Made by a program: the position numbers and the translations under genes
In this document: positions 1 through 9,684 of the stretch, piece by piece
Position numbering within the stretch: position 1 is the first letter of the stretch
Layout: every line of letters begins with the position of its first letter
Notes under the pieces: generated by a model
What the model was told of the DNA's origin: nothing
The model's input: only the letters and a program-made list of their open reading frames with translations
Database searches by the model: none
Assembly (NCBI GenBank): GCA_038060895.1
Contig: JBBTCT010000001.1
Location: 224,001-288,000, forward strand
DNA from: Planctomycetota bacterium
GTDB taxonomy: Bacteria; Planctomycetota; MHYJ01; WSZJ01
DNA: 64,000 nt
Direction of reading: 5' to 3'

Positions 1-618
1 AACCGCACGACTCCCCGCACCCAGGCGGCGCTCCTCGAGGCCATGAACGACTTCCAGGTCACCGCCGACGGCCGCACCTACGCGCTGCCGAAACCGTTCA
101 TGGTCGTCGCCACCCAGAACCCACTCGAGTTCGCCGGCACCTATCCCCTCCCCGAAGCCCAGATGGACCGCTTCATGCTGCGCATCCGAATGGGATATCC
201 CTCGCCCGAGCAGGAGCGCGGCATGCTGGCGTCGCACCGCACCGGCGAGCCGGTCGACGCGCTTCCGGTGGTGATCCAGGCCAAGGAAGTGCTGGAGCTG
301 TCTGCCGCGGCGGCGTCCGTGAAGTTCGACGAGTCCCTCTCGGCCTACCTGATCGCGATCGTGGACCGGACACGCCGCGAGCCGCATTTCGCGGCGGGCG
401 TTTCGCCGCGCGGGAGCCTCTCGCTCTATCGCGCCGCGCAGGCGCGCGCACTGATTCGCGGAAGAGACTACGTCATTCCCGACGATGTGAAGGAACTCGC
501 CATCCCGGTCCTCGCGCACCGCATCGTCGAGCGCGGACCGCGCAGCTCGAGCGAGCGCGGAAGCGCCATCCGCGTGCTCCAGAACATTCTTGCGGAGCTG
601 CCGGTTCCAGCGGGATAG
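1..618 (+). CDS. moxR: MoxR-family AAA+ ATPase, C-terminal part (5' end outside window)
   Basis: Frame open from base 1 (NRTTPRTQAALLEAM); MoxR motifs ATQNPLEFAGTYPLPEAQMDRF, GVSPRGS, GRDYVIPDDVK, VLAHR. Confidence 0.95.
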   Translation, partial: NRTTPRTQAALLEAMNDFQVTADGRTYALPKPFMVVATQNPLEFAGTYPLPEAQMDRFMLRIRMGYPSPEQERGMLASHRTGEPVDALPVVIQAKEVLELSAAAASVKFDESLSAYLIAIVDRTRREPHFAAGVSPRGSLSLYRAAQARALIRGRDYVIPDDVKELAIPVLAHRIVERGPRSSSERGSAIRVLQNILAELPVPAG

Positions 619-661
619 AGCTAGCTGAACCCGCGCATCCACGGTCCGTTTAGCCTCTACA

Positions 662-1816
662 ATGGCCTCCCCGATGCGCCTCTTCCGAAAAGCCTGGTCC
701 CGGCGTCCGCGCCTCACGCGCAACGGGCTTTACGTGCTGACGCTCACCGTCATGTCCGGCCAGGTCGCCTTCGTGAACGGCAATAATCTCTTCTGGTTCC
801 TGTTCTCCTCGGGAGCCGCGCTCCTGCTGTCCAATGCCTGGCTCGGGTGGCGCGGGCTCCGGAAGCTGTCCGTCCGTCGCTCCCTGCCCCAGACCGCTTA
901 CTCGATGGAGTCCTTCGCCGGCTCCTACCAGGTCACCAACGCCGGCCGCCTCCCGGCGTTCTACGTCATCTTCGAGGACGCCCCGGAACCTCCGCGCGCG
1001 GCCGCCGAGGGCGAGGCCCGTCCGATCTTCGCGTTCGCGGCGTCGATCCCACCGCGCGCGACCGCGACCGTTCCCTTCTGGACCCGCCTCACCATCCGCG
1101 GCTGGAACCGCTTCAATCGTGTCCGCATTTCCTCCGACTTTCCGTTCGGCTTTTTCCGCGTCTCCCGCGACATCGAGTTCCGCGACGAGATCCTCGTCTA
1201 CCCGCGCGTCGGCCGCGTCCTGAGCTCGCTGCCGATGGAGCGCGCCGCGGACGGCATGCTCATCGCCGCCCGACGCGCCCAGCCGGGCGAGGACGACTTC
1301 GCCGGCCTCCACGAGTGGCGCCCCGGCGACAACCCCAAGGCCATCCACTGGCCCTCCTGGGGCCGCTTCCCCGACGACAAGATCCTCGTCCGCGAATACG
1401 AACGCACCCGCGTGCCGCGCGCCTGCCTCCTCATCGACCGCGAGTCGCGCTCCGACCGCCGCTTCGAACAGGTCATCTCCTTCACCGCCGCCAACCTGCT
1501 CGACCTTCACAAGAACGGTGTGGCGACGGCGCTGTGGACGGGAAGCGGCGACACGATGAGTGCGGCGGTGCCGGAGGCCCTGCTGACGGAGCTGGCGACG
1601 CTGAAGCGAGAAGAGCCTGCGGGGACGCATTCAGGGGAGCTGGAGGAGGCGGTGGCGGCGGCGATGGCGGTTGGAGACCTGCCGGTCGTGGTGGGGGACG
1701 GGACTCGCAAGAGGCACAAGGGAGCGTCGTGGGCTGGCGACGTGGTCCTGGTCGACGTGGCGGCGGCTGATTTCCGGGGGCGCTACCAGGTGCGTCCGGA
1801 GAAGGGGGCGCCGTGA
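662..1816 (+). CDS. DUF58 domain membrane protein (MoxR partner); start may be ATG 674
   Basis: N-terminal TM pair, FPFGFF, ILVYPR, DFAGLHEWRPGDNPKAIHW, LVREYE; canonical moxR-DUF58-transglutaminase order. Confidence 0.9.
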   Translation: MASPMRLFRKAWSRRPRLTRNGLYVLTLTVMSGQVAFVNGNNLFWFLFSSGAALLLSNAWLGWRGLRKLSVRRSLPQTAYSMESFAGSYQVTNAGRLPAFYVIFEDAPEPPRAAAEGEARPIFAFAASIPPRATATVPFWTRLTIRGWNRFNRVRISSDFPFGFFRVSRDIEFRDEILVYPRVGRVLSSLPMERAADGMLIAARRAQPGEDDFAGLHEWRPGDNPKAIHWPSWGRFPDDKILVREYERTRVPRACLLIDRESRSDRRFEQVISFTAANLLDLHKNGVATALWTGSGDTMSAAVPEALLTELATLKREEPAGTHSGELEEAVAAAMAVGDLPVVVGDGTRKRHKGASWAGDVVLVDVAAADFRGRYQVRPEKGAP

Positions 1817-3954
1817 TGCTGGACCTGTTGCTGGCGGCGCTCTGGGGACTGGGCGGGCTGATCGGCGCGTTGCCGGAGCGCCGGTTTGAGTGGGTGCTCG
1901 GGCCGCTCGCGGCCGCGGCGTGGGGGATCCTGGCGTCGCGGCTCGGCTTGCGGCAGCTCCTGGTCGGAAGGAATGCCGTGGGGTACGTGTTGCTGGGCGC
2001 CACCTGGGTCGCAGTGTCCGGAATGGCGCTCTCGATGAACTCGCTGAAGGAGTCAATCTTGCCGGCCTGCGCGGCGGCGACCGGGGCGCTGTTCCTGCTC
2101 GAGCGGCGCTCGGCGCTCCAGGGACACGGAATCGTCGGCGCTTCGTTCGTGGCGGCGGTGATCGGCGCGACGCAGGACCCCACGGCGAGAATGCTGCCGA
2201 TGTTCGTGCCGTTCCTGGTCCTGATCGTTCTCTGCCTGGCGCTCTCGCACCAGCAGTGGGTCCTGCAACGGCTCCGCCGCGCCGCACAAGAGGGATACCT
2301 GCTCGCGGCGCAAGTGCCGGGGTACGCCGGGACGCGAACCGGGCTTGCGCCGACCGTCACGGTCGTCGCGCTCACCACCACGGTCGCGTCGATCGTCCTC
2401 TACCTCGTCGTGCCCCATTTCCGCTGGAAGCCGCCCGCCGACAAGCGAGACGCGAACAGCAAGGGCTCCCAGGGCGCCAGCGGGATGACCGACCGGCTGT
2501 CCCTTCGCGCCATGCACGACCTCAAGATGGACCACCGCGTCGCGCTTCGAATGAAGCTTACCCAGGACGGCCGCGCGTTCCGGCCGTCGCTCCCGATGCG
2601 CCTGCGCGGCGCGGTCGTGGACAACAACAACGGCGTCGAGTGGTGGTCCACTGCGGCAAGCCGCACTCGAGTCGACGCCAACGACGGCAAGGCCGACGGC
2701 TGGGTCACCCTCATCGCCGATGCGGGCAACCCGGTCCTGCAGGAATGCGAAATCGAAGCGACGTCGGACCAGACGATTGTAGCGCTTCCGGAAATAGCCG
2801 AGGTCGAAGCGAATCTGGTGAACGTCGACGACCACGGCGTGGTCAGAATCCCGTCGCTGGGCCGCGAAGGACGTGTGCTGTACAAGGTCATTTCGGATGC
2901 GGCGGGGATCGACCCGGCGACGTTTGACGAGAAGCCGAGATCGCCGAACCCGAGGTACCTGCAGATCCTGGGCAGAAAGGACGCCGACATCGTGGCCGTG
3001 GCCAGGGACGTCACCTACGGCGCCGCGACGGCCGCGCGAAAAGCGGCGCTGATCGAACACTGGCTGCAGACGAATTTCGAGTACTCGACCGAGTTCGACC
3101 CGTCGGGCGAATCCGATCCCGTGCGCGCGCTGCTGTTCATCGAAAAGCGCGGCTACTGCGTACACTTCGCGGCCGCGATGGCGGTCATGCTGCGCACGCT
3201 CGATATCCCGTGCCGCATCGCGCAGGGCCTCTACGGCGGCGAATGGTCCGACCGCGAGCAGCTCTCCATGTTCCGCTTCTCGGATGCGCACGCCTGGGTC
3301 GAAGTCTGGCTCGGCCCGCGGGCGGGGTGGGTCCCGTTCGACCCGACGCCGCGGCTCCGGTCCGGAGAAGGAGAAGAGGAGAACCCTGAGGACTTCGCGG
3401 GAGGCGGCCCGGAAGGAGAGAGGCCTCCTCCGCCGCCGCGGGAAGCGAAGAAGCCGGCCAGTTCCTTTTCGACGGAGCCGCTCACGGCCCTCAACCTGGA
3501 GCGCCAGGCACAGTGGCTCCGGTGGCTGCGCAGGCTTTTCGCCAACGCCTGGAACTCGACCTTCGGCCGGGGCGTGGCCTGTTTCATCGCGTTTTCCTTC
3601 TCGCTCCTCATCACCTGGAATCTCCTTCCCCGTCACGAGCGGGACCGCCTCAGCGCGGTCTTCGTCGGCGGCCCCGGCGCTTCGACGGGATTCTGGAACG
3701 AGTTCGTCACCCTCGCGCGGCGTGGCGGGTTCCGTTCGGGCCCGGGGGAGACGCCGTTTGAATTCGCGAAGCGCGTCGAGCGGACGTATCCGGGTGCGGG
3801 GCGGGTGGCGCTCGCGCTGTATGCGGTGAAATTCGGCGGCAAGGACGCGCGCGAGAAGACCGCGGAGGCGCGGCCGGTGCTGGACGCGATCCGGCGGGCG
3901 CAGGCGGGAAAACCGGCGTCCGTCGACGGTCCGGAGACCACGGGCACGAACTGA
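1813..3954 (+). CDS. TgpA-like transglutaminase domain membrane protein (DUF3488 + transglutaminase + DUF4129-like tail)
   Basis: Multi-TM N-terminus; catalytic motifs GYCVHFAAAMAVMLR, HAWVEV, WVPFDPTP; GETPFEFA C-terminal motif. Confidence 0.9.
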   Translation: MMLDLLLAALWGLGGLIGALPERRFEWVLGPLAAAAWGILASRLGLRQLLVGRNAVGYVLLGATWVAVSGMALSMNSLKESILPACAAATGALFLLERRSALQGHGIVGASFVAAVIGATQDPTARMLPMFVPFLVLIVLCLALSHQQWVLQRLRRAAQEGYLLAAQVPGYAGTRTGLAPTVTVVALTTTVASIVLYLVVPHFRWKPPADKRDANSKGSQGASGMTDRLSLRAMHDLKMDHRVALRMKLTQDGRAFRPSLPMRLRGAVVDNNNGVEWWSTAASRTRVDANDGKADGWVTLIADAGNPVLQECEIEATSDQTIVALPEIAEVEANLVNVDDHGVVRIPSLGREGRVLYKVISDAAGIDPATFDEKPRSPNPRYLQILGRKDADIVAVARDVTYGAATAARKAALIEHWLQTNFEYSTEFDPSGESDPVRALLFIEKRGYCVHFAAAMAVMLRTLDIPCRIAQGLYGGEWSDREQLSMFRFSDAHAWVEVWLGPRAGWVPFDPTPRLRSGEGEEENPEDFAGGGPEGERPPPPPREAKKPASSFSTEPLTALNLERQAQWLRWLRRLFANAWNSTFGRGVACFIAFSFSLLITWNLLPRHERDRLSAVFVGGPGASTGFWNEFVTLARRGGFRSGPGETPFEFAKRVERTYPGAGRVALALYAVKFGGKDAREKTAEARPVLDAIRRAQAGKPASVDGPETTGTN

Positions 3955-3970
3955 CCTTACAATGGCGGAG

Positions 3971-5095
3971 ATGCCGGCGGAAAAGAAGCCCCAGGCCCTT
4001 CGAATCCGCGCCCTCGACTGGCACCGCGGCCTCGCGGTCCTGGCGATGGTGGAGTGCCACGCGCTTCTCCTCCTCCACCCTTCGCACGAGCAGGAGCCTC
4101 TTCGGCAGTTCCTGAACTCGATCAACGGCCTGATCGCGCCGTCGTTCATCTTCGCGGCCGGGTTCGCGCTCGCGCTCGTCTCGTGCCGCGCGGCGGTGGA
4201 CCCGCAGGGGCGGCGGGAGCGGGCGGTCAAGACGTTGATGAGGATCGGCGAAGTGCTGGTCGTTTCGAGCCTGCTGAAGTGGATGCTGTGGCCCGTACGG
4301 GACGAGCCGTGGCAGTGGCTGCGGATCGACGTGCTGTCGTGTATCGGCTACTCGCTGCTGGCGCTCTGGGCCTGCGTGTTCTCGCTCGGCAACCGCCCGC
4401 GCATCGTCGCGGCCTCGATGGCCGGCGCGGCGACGCTGATCTTTGCGCTGGCGCCGTGGACCGAGTCGCTCCGCGACCTCGGCCTGCTGCAGTTCTTCGT
4501 GAACAACAAGAGCGGCTCCGAGTTTCCCGTTCTCCCGTGGGCGGGCTACGGTTTCCTCGGAGCGTCGCTCGGCGCGCTGGTCTCGATCCCCGAGCGCGGC
4601 GCACGATTCCTCTGGATCCACCTGACGATCATGTTCGTCGCGGGGGTCGCCGTCGCGAACCTCGGCGGCCTCTGGGACCGCATCTATCCCTGGAGCGCCT
4701 GGATTCTCCAGAACGCCGCCGAGCGAGTCTGGAAAGTCGCCGCGATCGCCCTGGCCCTGCGCGGCGCCGAGGCGTTCGGCACCTCCCGCGGCTGGGCGAT
4801 GAAAAACCCGCTCACGAAACTCCTCGAACACTTCGGCCTCAACTCCCTCTCCGGCTACTTCGCCCAGGCCTGCATCCTCTTCGGCAAGTGGATCGCCCTC
4901 CCCTTCGGCCTCTCCTTCGGCGTCACGGGCTTTACCAGGTGGGCCGGACAGTTCCACTGGACCGGTTTCTGGCTGATGACGCTCGTCGCCATCGCGGGCA
5001 CGGGCGCCTTCTGCTGGGCCTGGAACTTCCTGGACCCGCACCTGCCGTGGCGCAAGTCGTCAAAGAAAGCGGCTCCGGCTCCCAAGCCCGCCTAG
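3971..5095 (+). CDS. DUF1624 / heparan-alpha-glucosaminide N-acetyltransferase-like membrane acyltransferase
   Basis: RIRALDWHRGLAVLAMVECH, IAPSFIFAAG, DVLSCIG, FPVLPWAGY motifs; polytopic; ATG 3971 lies 7 nt after TACAAT (ATG 3962 is the alternative). Confidence 0.8.
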   Translation: MPAEKKPQALRIRALDWHRGLAVLAMVECHALLLLHPSHEQEPLRQFLNSINGLIAPSFIFAAGFALALVSCRAAVDPQGRRERAVKTLMRIGEVLVVSSLLKWMLWPVRDEPWQWLRIDVLSCIGYSLLALWACVFSLGNRPRIVAASMAGAATLIFALAPWTESLRDLGLLQFFVNNKSGSEFPVLPWAGYGFLGASLGALVSIPERGARFLWIHLTIMFVAGVAVANLGGLWDRIYPWSAWILQNAAERVWKVAAIALALRGAEAFGTSRGWAMKNPLTKLLEHFGLNSLSGYFAQACILFGKWIALPFGLSFGVTGFTRWAGQFHWTGFWLMTLVAIAGTGAFCWAWNFLDPHLPWRKSSKKAAPAPKPA

Positions 5096-5112
5096 CAGTT
5101 GGCCGTTTTTCC

Positions 5113-5294
5113 GTCCCGGCGTCGGGCGAAGCGGGGGGCGGGCGGAGCGAGGACGAGGGAGGCGGGGAGTCCCGCCCGGGCGGGCCTGCGAAGACCCTGC
5201 TTCAACCTGCGCCGCGGTGGCCCGCACGGGCGTGGGACTCCCCGCCGACCGACGACGAGCGAAGCCCACCCCCCGCTTCGCCCGATGCCGGGAC
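5113..5294. repeat. Long imperfect palindrome (about 180 bp)
   Basis: gtcccggcgtcgggcgaagcggggggcgggc pairs with gcccaccccccgcttcgcccgatgccgggac; inner ggcggggagtccc/gggactccccgcc. Confidence 0.85.
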
Positions 5295-5474
5295 CTCCAC
5301 CTCTGCCGTGAAGAGACTGGTACTGAACCTTTTATTTCAGGGGGGAACGGCCCTCTGGCTTCGTGGATCCCCGCAGGGACCGGATCAGCAGGAGGCACTG
5401 GTGTTCCCTATGAATGTTCGTGGTTCACGCCATGTTCTCGATCACGAACAGCGCAGGGGCCCCGGCGTCGGGCG
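5279..5474 (-). ncRNA. ssrS: Probable 6S RNA
   Basis: Minus strand reads UGAACCACGAACAUUCAUAGGGAAC...GUUCCCCCCUGAAAUAAAAGGUUCA: rod-like hairpin with A/U-rich central bubble closed by UGAACC/GGUUCA and GGGAAC/GUUCCC stems; about 195 nt; ends approximate. Confidence 0.7.
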
Positions 5475-5507
5475 CCGGGAGGGCGAATCCTCAATGAAGA
5501 GGGTGGA

Positions 5508-5516
5508 ATTGTAGCA
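5508..5516 (-). promoter_or_regulatory. Extended -10 element (TGcTACAAT) upstream of the putative 6S RNA
   Basis: Plus strand attgtagca = TGCTACAAT on minus strand. Confidence 0.5.
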
Positions 5517-5554
5517 GAGGGAAGGACGAGTCCATTCTTTCGGAGTTGATCGCT

Positions 5555-8500
5555 CTACGCTTCTTTTGCCTGCGCCGGCGCGGCCTTGATCGCGCGCACG
5601 ATCTCCGACATCCGCGCCTCGTCCGGCAGCGCGTACGGCCGGAACTTCTCGACGGTCCCCGCCTCCTCCACGAACAGCAGTCCCCGGTACAGGCCGAGCT
5701 TCGCCGCCGCGGGCGTGTCGATCAGCTCGGAAGAATCCGAGCCGCTCATCTGGAACAGGATACGGATGCCGAATTCGCGCAGGGTCTTCATGGAGAAGGT
5801 CCGCTTGAGATTGCCCAGCGAGTCGCACCACACAATGCTGAAAATGCCGCGCGACGGCCCCTCGGTCAGGACGTTGACCATGCACTTGTCGGGGGCCGGC
5901 TTGTCGCCTTCGCTGCCCGACATGTCGTACTCATCCCCCTGCCGAAGTTTTCGAAAGCGCTGCAGGTCGTAGACAAATACGTAGATCGGTGGCGCGCCGG
6001 AACCGCCGGTCTCCTCGCGCGCCTTGAGCTCCGCGTCGAGCTCCTCCATGACCTGCGGGACCTTCGCGTACTCGACCATCTCAATCTCGTGCGGCAGCGA
6101 AGCCGCGAGATCCGGGAGGCGCCGCGCGTCGGAAACTTCCGGCGGAGTCCCGTCGAGCACGACGAAGCGCGCCGTCCTCGGCGCGTGGAGCGACGCCAGG
6201 CTGACGATCGTGGACAGGACGACGGCGAGCGATGACTCGCGCTGCTGCCCGACGATCATGAGATTCGAGCCGGCCTGGCGCTGGAAACGCACCTCCGTCG
6301 GCCCCTTGATCGCATTCGCCTCCCCCACCCACGCTCGCGTCGCCACTCCGGTTTCCGCGACGAACGGCCGCGCCAGCCGCTTCCGCAGCAGGTCATTGTT
6401 GCGGATGTCGGAGGGGAGATTCCCTTCGAAGATCGTCGCCGCCTCGCGCGGCTCCCAGCCCGACCGGTCGGTGAGCTGGCGCAATTTCGAGAGGTACTTC
6501 TCCTCGATCTCGTCGGACATCCAGACGACCTGGAAGGGGCTGTTGCCCTCGAGCATGCCGGACATGTCGTTGTAGATCGCTTCGCCGGGCCGCGACAGCA
6601 GGCGCGCGGCGGCGTTGTCGTCGCCGAGGATGAGGAGGGAGTCGGCTTCGTTGCACTGGAGGGCGATGCGGATCCCCATCTGGCCGAGCGTGGCCTTCGC
6701 CAGGGTGTACGAGCCGCCGAGCGTCTGCGAGCCGAGGATGACGTGGACACCGAACGCGCGACCCTGGCGGACGATGCGGTCGAGCATGAGCGCAGCTTCC
6801 TGGGCGGTCGCGTCTTCCTCGGTGAAGAACTCCTGGAATTCGTCGATGAGGAGAAGGGAGCGCGGGAGCTTGGGGCCTTTCCCGTGTTTCCTGTACCCGG
6901 CGAAATCCTGGACACCGGCCGCCCGGTAGAGCTCGGCGCGTTCGCCCAGGTCGCGGTCGATTTTGCGGAGCACGGACAGCCCGAACTCGCGGTCGGACTC
7001 GATGGCGACGACGCGGGCATGGGGAAGGCGGTGGGTCGCGAAGCGCTTGAACTCGACGCCCTTCTTGAAATCGATCAGGTACAGCTCGAGTTCGCTCGGG
7101 TCGTACCACAGGGCCGAGTTGGTGATCATGACGTGGAACAGGGTCGACTTGCCGGAGCCGGTCTTGCCGGCGATGAGCGCGTGCTGCGCGGTGCCCCGGC
7201 CCAGGTCGAGGTACTGCAGCTTGTCGGCCCCGGACCGGCCGAGCGGGATGCGCACGCCGGTCTCGGAACTCTGGCTGCCCCACTGGCCGTCGGGCGGCGC
7301 GACGGTTTCGAACGGGACCTCGACGCGGCCCGCGGCAGCGCACTGCTTGCCGATGGATTGCAGGAGTGGGGTGAGAACGGCCGACTCGGGCGGCGCCTCG
7401 GGCGGGACGACCGCGCGCGGCAGGATTTCCTCGTCGACGGACACGACGTCGTTGGCGATGGAAAGGACAAGGCCGTGGGGGCGGAACCGCGGCGCCGTGA
7501 ACGCAGCGGGGAACTTCTGGCCGCGCTCGTGGAAGAGCAGCGTGAAGACACCGCAGCGGGCTCCGCTGGCGACGATGCCCGCCAGGCGGTCCATCGCCAT
7601 GTCGCTGAAGCCGCGCGGAAAGTCGGCGATGACGAGGAAGCGGTAGGCCTCGGCCATCTGGCCGACTTCGCGGTTGTATTCGTCGATGGAGGCGTAGCGG
7701 TTGCGCAGGTACTTCTGGATGACCTTCTCGATATGCTCGGTCAGCTCGGAGAGTTTCTTCTCGATATGCGCGGGCTCCGTCCAGATCCGCCCGCCGACGA
7801 GCGACTCGTCATCGTCCGCGAGATGCATGAGCGCGGAAAAACTCTGGCCGAGGCCGACCGGGTCCACGAACAGGAACTTCGCCTTCGCGGCGGGAAACGC
7901 CGCGAGCGTCCGGAGCACGGCTCCCGAGACGGTCTCGACCGCCCGCGCGCGGCTTTTCGCATCCGTGCTCACCAGCATGTTCCCGCGCTCGGGGAACGTC
8001 AGCGACAGCGGCAGCGCGAGACGTCCGTTGTCGGGAAGCGAAAACGGTTCCCCGCTCCCCCTCGCCCCCGCGAAGGGACTGAAATCCACGACGGCGTCGC
8101 CCAGGCGGACCGTCGCCGGGAATACCTCCGCCATCCGGTAGTCCCGCCACGAAGAATCGCTCCAGGGCGGAATCTGCTTCAGCCCGTGCGCGCGCGCTTC
8201 TTCCACCGCCTGCATGAACCCGCCGACCGTCTCCGACCAGTCTGCCGCGAGCTTTTGCCGCACCGTCGCGCCCTTCGAGAGAGCCTCGTTCCCGCCCTTC
8301 GACTGCGCGGCGCGGTAGTTCTCCATCTCCTTCCGGTGCCGGTCTTCGGCCGCTCTGGATTCCGCTTCGAAGCGCGTCTCCACGCCAGCCATGCGTTGCG
8401 CATTCCGGCGGCGGACGCGCTCGAGCAACCCCGCGTGCTTCTTCTTCAGCATCTCGATCCGCGGCGCGGCAGCCTTCTTCGCCTCTTCCAGCCCGGTTTC

Positions 8501-9481
8501 CAGCTGCTCGTCAAGATCCGCGACCGCGCCGATCTTGTCTTCCAGCCCCTTCTCGCGGCCCGCCGCGATCCGCTTTCCCACCAGCTCCTCGTGGCTCTTG
8601 AGTTCCGACGTCATTTCAGCGGCGCGGCCGCGAAGGCCGCTGACCAGGTCGCGCGCCTTCGAGCGCAGGGCGTGGAGAGTCGCGAACGCGATGACGAGCG
8701 AGCCGGCGAATACGAGCGGGACCAGCACCGTCGCCCGCTCCTCGAGGTCCGGCCTGAGGAAGTGAATGCCGGCGAAGGCGCCGCCGTGAAGCAACGCCAG
8801 GAGAATGACGGCCGACAGGTAGGAGAAAGTCCGCACCAGGAACAGCCAGAATTCGCGCTTCCGGTACTGCAGGAGGCGCGTCTCCTCGAGAAGCCCCTGT
8901 TTCACCTGGGCGGCAATCTTGTCGGACGCTGCTTCCTGGAAGCGCCCCTGCGCGGCGATGACGTCTTCGGGGCGGACTCTCACGCTGCGGGCAAACACTT
9001 CGACCTCGCCGCGCCATTCCTCCGTTTCTTTCCGGATCGTCACGATTCCTGCGAGCAGCCCGTCCAGCTGCCGGGTCAGCTTCGCCTGCATCTCGTGCAT
9101 CGAATGAAGCGACCGGTCGCGGGCCGTCGCCTGCTCCTTTTTCAGCCGATCGATCTGGCCCGTGAGCTTCCCCTGCGCCCGCTTTGTTGCCGTCTCGAGC
9201 GCCCTGTCCACGGCGGCGAGCCGGCGCGAACCGGCCTCCTGGGCGCGCCGCCGCGCTTCGTCGTGCCGGGCCTTCAGTTCTTTCCGCCGCGCGTCCAGCT
9301 CGCCGGAAAGCTTTGCCGTCGCCTTCGCGAAGGTGTCGTCCTCGTCGCGTTTCTTCCCCGCGGTCCCCCGGTCGGACTCGTCCCGCGCCTCGACGATCTC
9401 CTTCAGCCGCTTCTCGAACTCCGCGACCCGCGCCCGAAGCGCGTCCATTCCCAGCGCCCCCGTGCGGTCGCTCAACTGCAT
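5555..9481 (-). CDS. FtsK/SpoIIIE-family ATPase, EccC/EssC-like (coiled coil, 2 TM, coiled coil, degenerate-active-degenerate ATPase domains)
   Basis: HALIAGKTGSGKST Walker A, LYLIDFKKGVEF, LLLIDEFQE Walker B, RQGRAFGVHVILGSQ; adjacent WXG100 genes. Confidence 0.9.
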   Translation of the reverse strand: MQLSDRTGALGMDALRARVAEFEKRLKEIVEARDESDRGTAGKKRDEDDTFAKATAKLSGELDARRKELKARHDEARRRAQEAGSRRLAAVDRALETATKRAQGKLTGQIDRLKKEQATARDRSLHSMHEMQAKLTRQLDGLLAGIVTIRKETEEWRGEVEVFARSVRVRPEDVIAAQGRFQEAASDKIAAQVKQGLLEETRLLQYRKREFWLFLVRTFSYLSAVILLALLHGGAFAGIHFLRPDLEERATVLVPLVFAGSLVIAFATLHALRSKARDLVSGLRGRAAEMTSELKSHEELVGKRIAAGREKGLEDKIGAVADLDEQLETGLEEAKKAAAPRIEMLKKKHAGLLERVRRRNAQRMAGVETRFEAESRAAEDRHRKEMENYRAAQSKGGNEALSKGATVRQKLAADWSETVGGFMQAVEEARAHGLKQIPPWSDSSWRDYRMAEVFPATVRLGDAVVDFSPFAGARGSGEPFSLPDNGRLALPLSLTFPERGNMLVSTDAKSRARAVETVSGAVLRTLAAFPAAKAKFLFVDPVGLGQSFSALMHLADDDESLVGGRIWTEPAHIEKKLSELTEHIEKVIQKYLRNRYASIDEYNREVGQMAEAYRFLVIADFPRGFSDMAMDRLAGIVASGARCGVFTLLFHERGQKFPAAFTAPRFRPHGLVLSIANDVVSVDEEILPRAVVPPEAPPESAVLTPLLQSIGKQCAAAGRVEVPFETVAPPDGQWGSQSSETGVRIPLGRSGADKLQYLDLGRGTAQHALIAGKTGSGKSTLFHVMITNSALWYDPSELELYLIDFKKGVEFKRFATHRLPHARVVAIESDREFGLSVLRKIDRDLGERAELYRAAGVQDFAGYRKHGKGPKLPRSLLLIDEFQEFFTEEDATAQEAALMLDRIVRQGRAFGVHVILGSQTLGGSYTLAKATLGQMGIRIALQCNEADSLLILGDDNAAARLLSRPGEAIYNDMSGMLEGNSPFQVVWMSDEIEEKYLSKLRQLTDRSGWEPREAATIFEGNLPSDIRNNDLLRKRLARPFVAETGVATRAWVGEANAIKGPTEVRFQRQAGSNLMIVGQQRESSLAVVLSTIVSLASLHAPRTARFVVLDGTPPEVSDARRLPDLAASLPHEIEMVEYAKVPQVMEELDAELKAREETGGSGAPPIYVFVYDLQRFRKLRQGDEYDMSGSEGDKPAPDKCMVNVLTEGPSRGIFSIVWCDSLGNLKRTFSMKTLREFGIRILFQMSGSDSSELIDTPAAAKLGLYRGLLFVEEAGTVEKFRPYALPDEARMSEIVRAIKAAPAQAKEA

Positions 9482-9684
9482 TCCTTTCTCGCCCTGCGCA
9501 GGACTTCCTCGATGCGCTGGATCGCCGTGGTCGCCGTCTTCATCGAAGGGAAAAGCCCAGCCAGGTAGTCGCGCTCAAAGTCGTTGCGCGCGTCGTCGTT
9601 CCAGACGGTGCGCGTCTGCTCCCACTGCGCCTGGAGATCCTTGAGCGCCTTCGCCATGATCGCGTCGTTGCCTCCGCCTTCCAT
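9472..9684 (-). CDS. Small WXG100-like helical protein (W-N-D turn)
   Basis: About 70 aa helical hairpin with central WEQTRTVWNDDARNDFERDY; overlaps both neighbours (TGATG junction). Confidence 0.7.
   Translation of the reverse strand: MEGGGNDAIMAKALKDLQAQWEQTRTVWNDDARNDFERDYLAGLFPSMKTATTAIQRIEEVLRRARKECS

Noticed and set aside
5555-9481. Cell-division FtsK or conjugative coupling protein
   Set aside because: No gamma domain or 4-TM N-terminus, no relaxase/T4SS neighbours; WXG100 context fits EccC-like
6743-9568. 941-aa plus-strand ORF
   Set aside because: Antisense shadow of the FtsK gene; high-GC codon bias suppresses stops; no motifs
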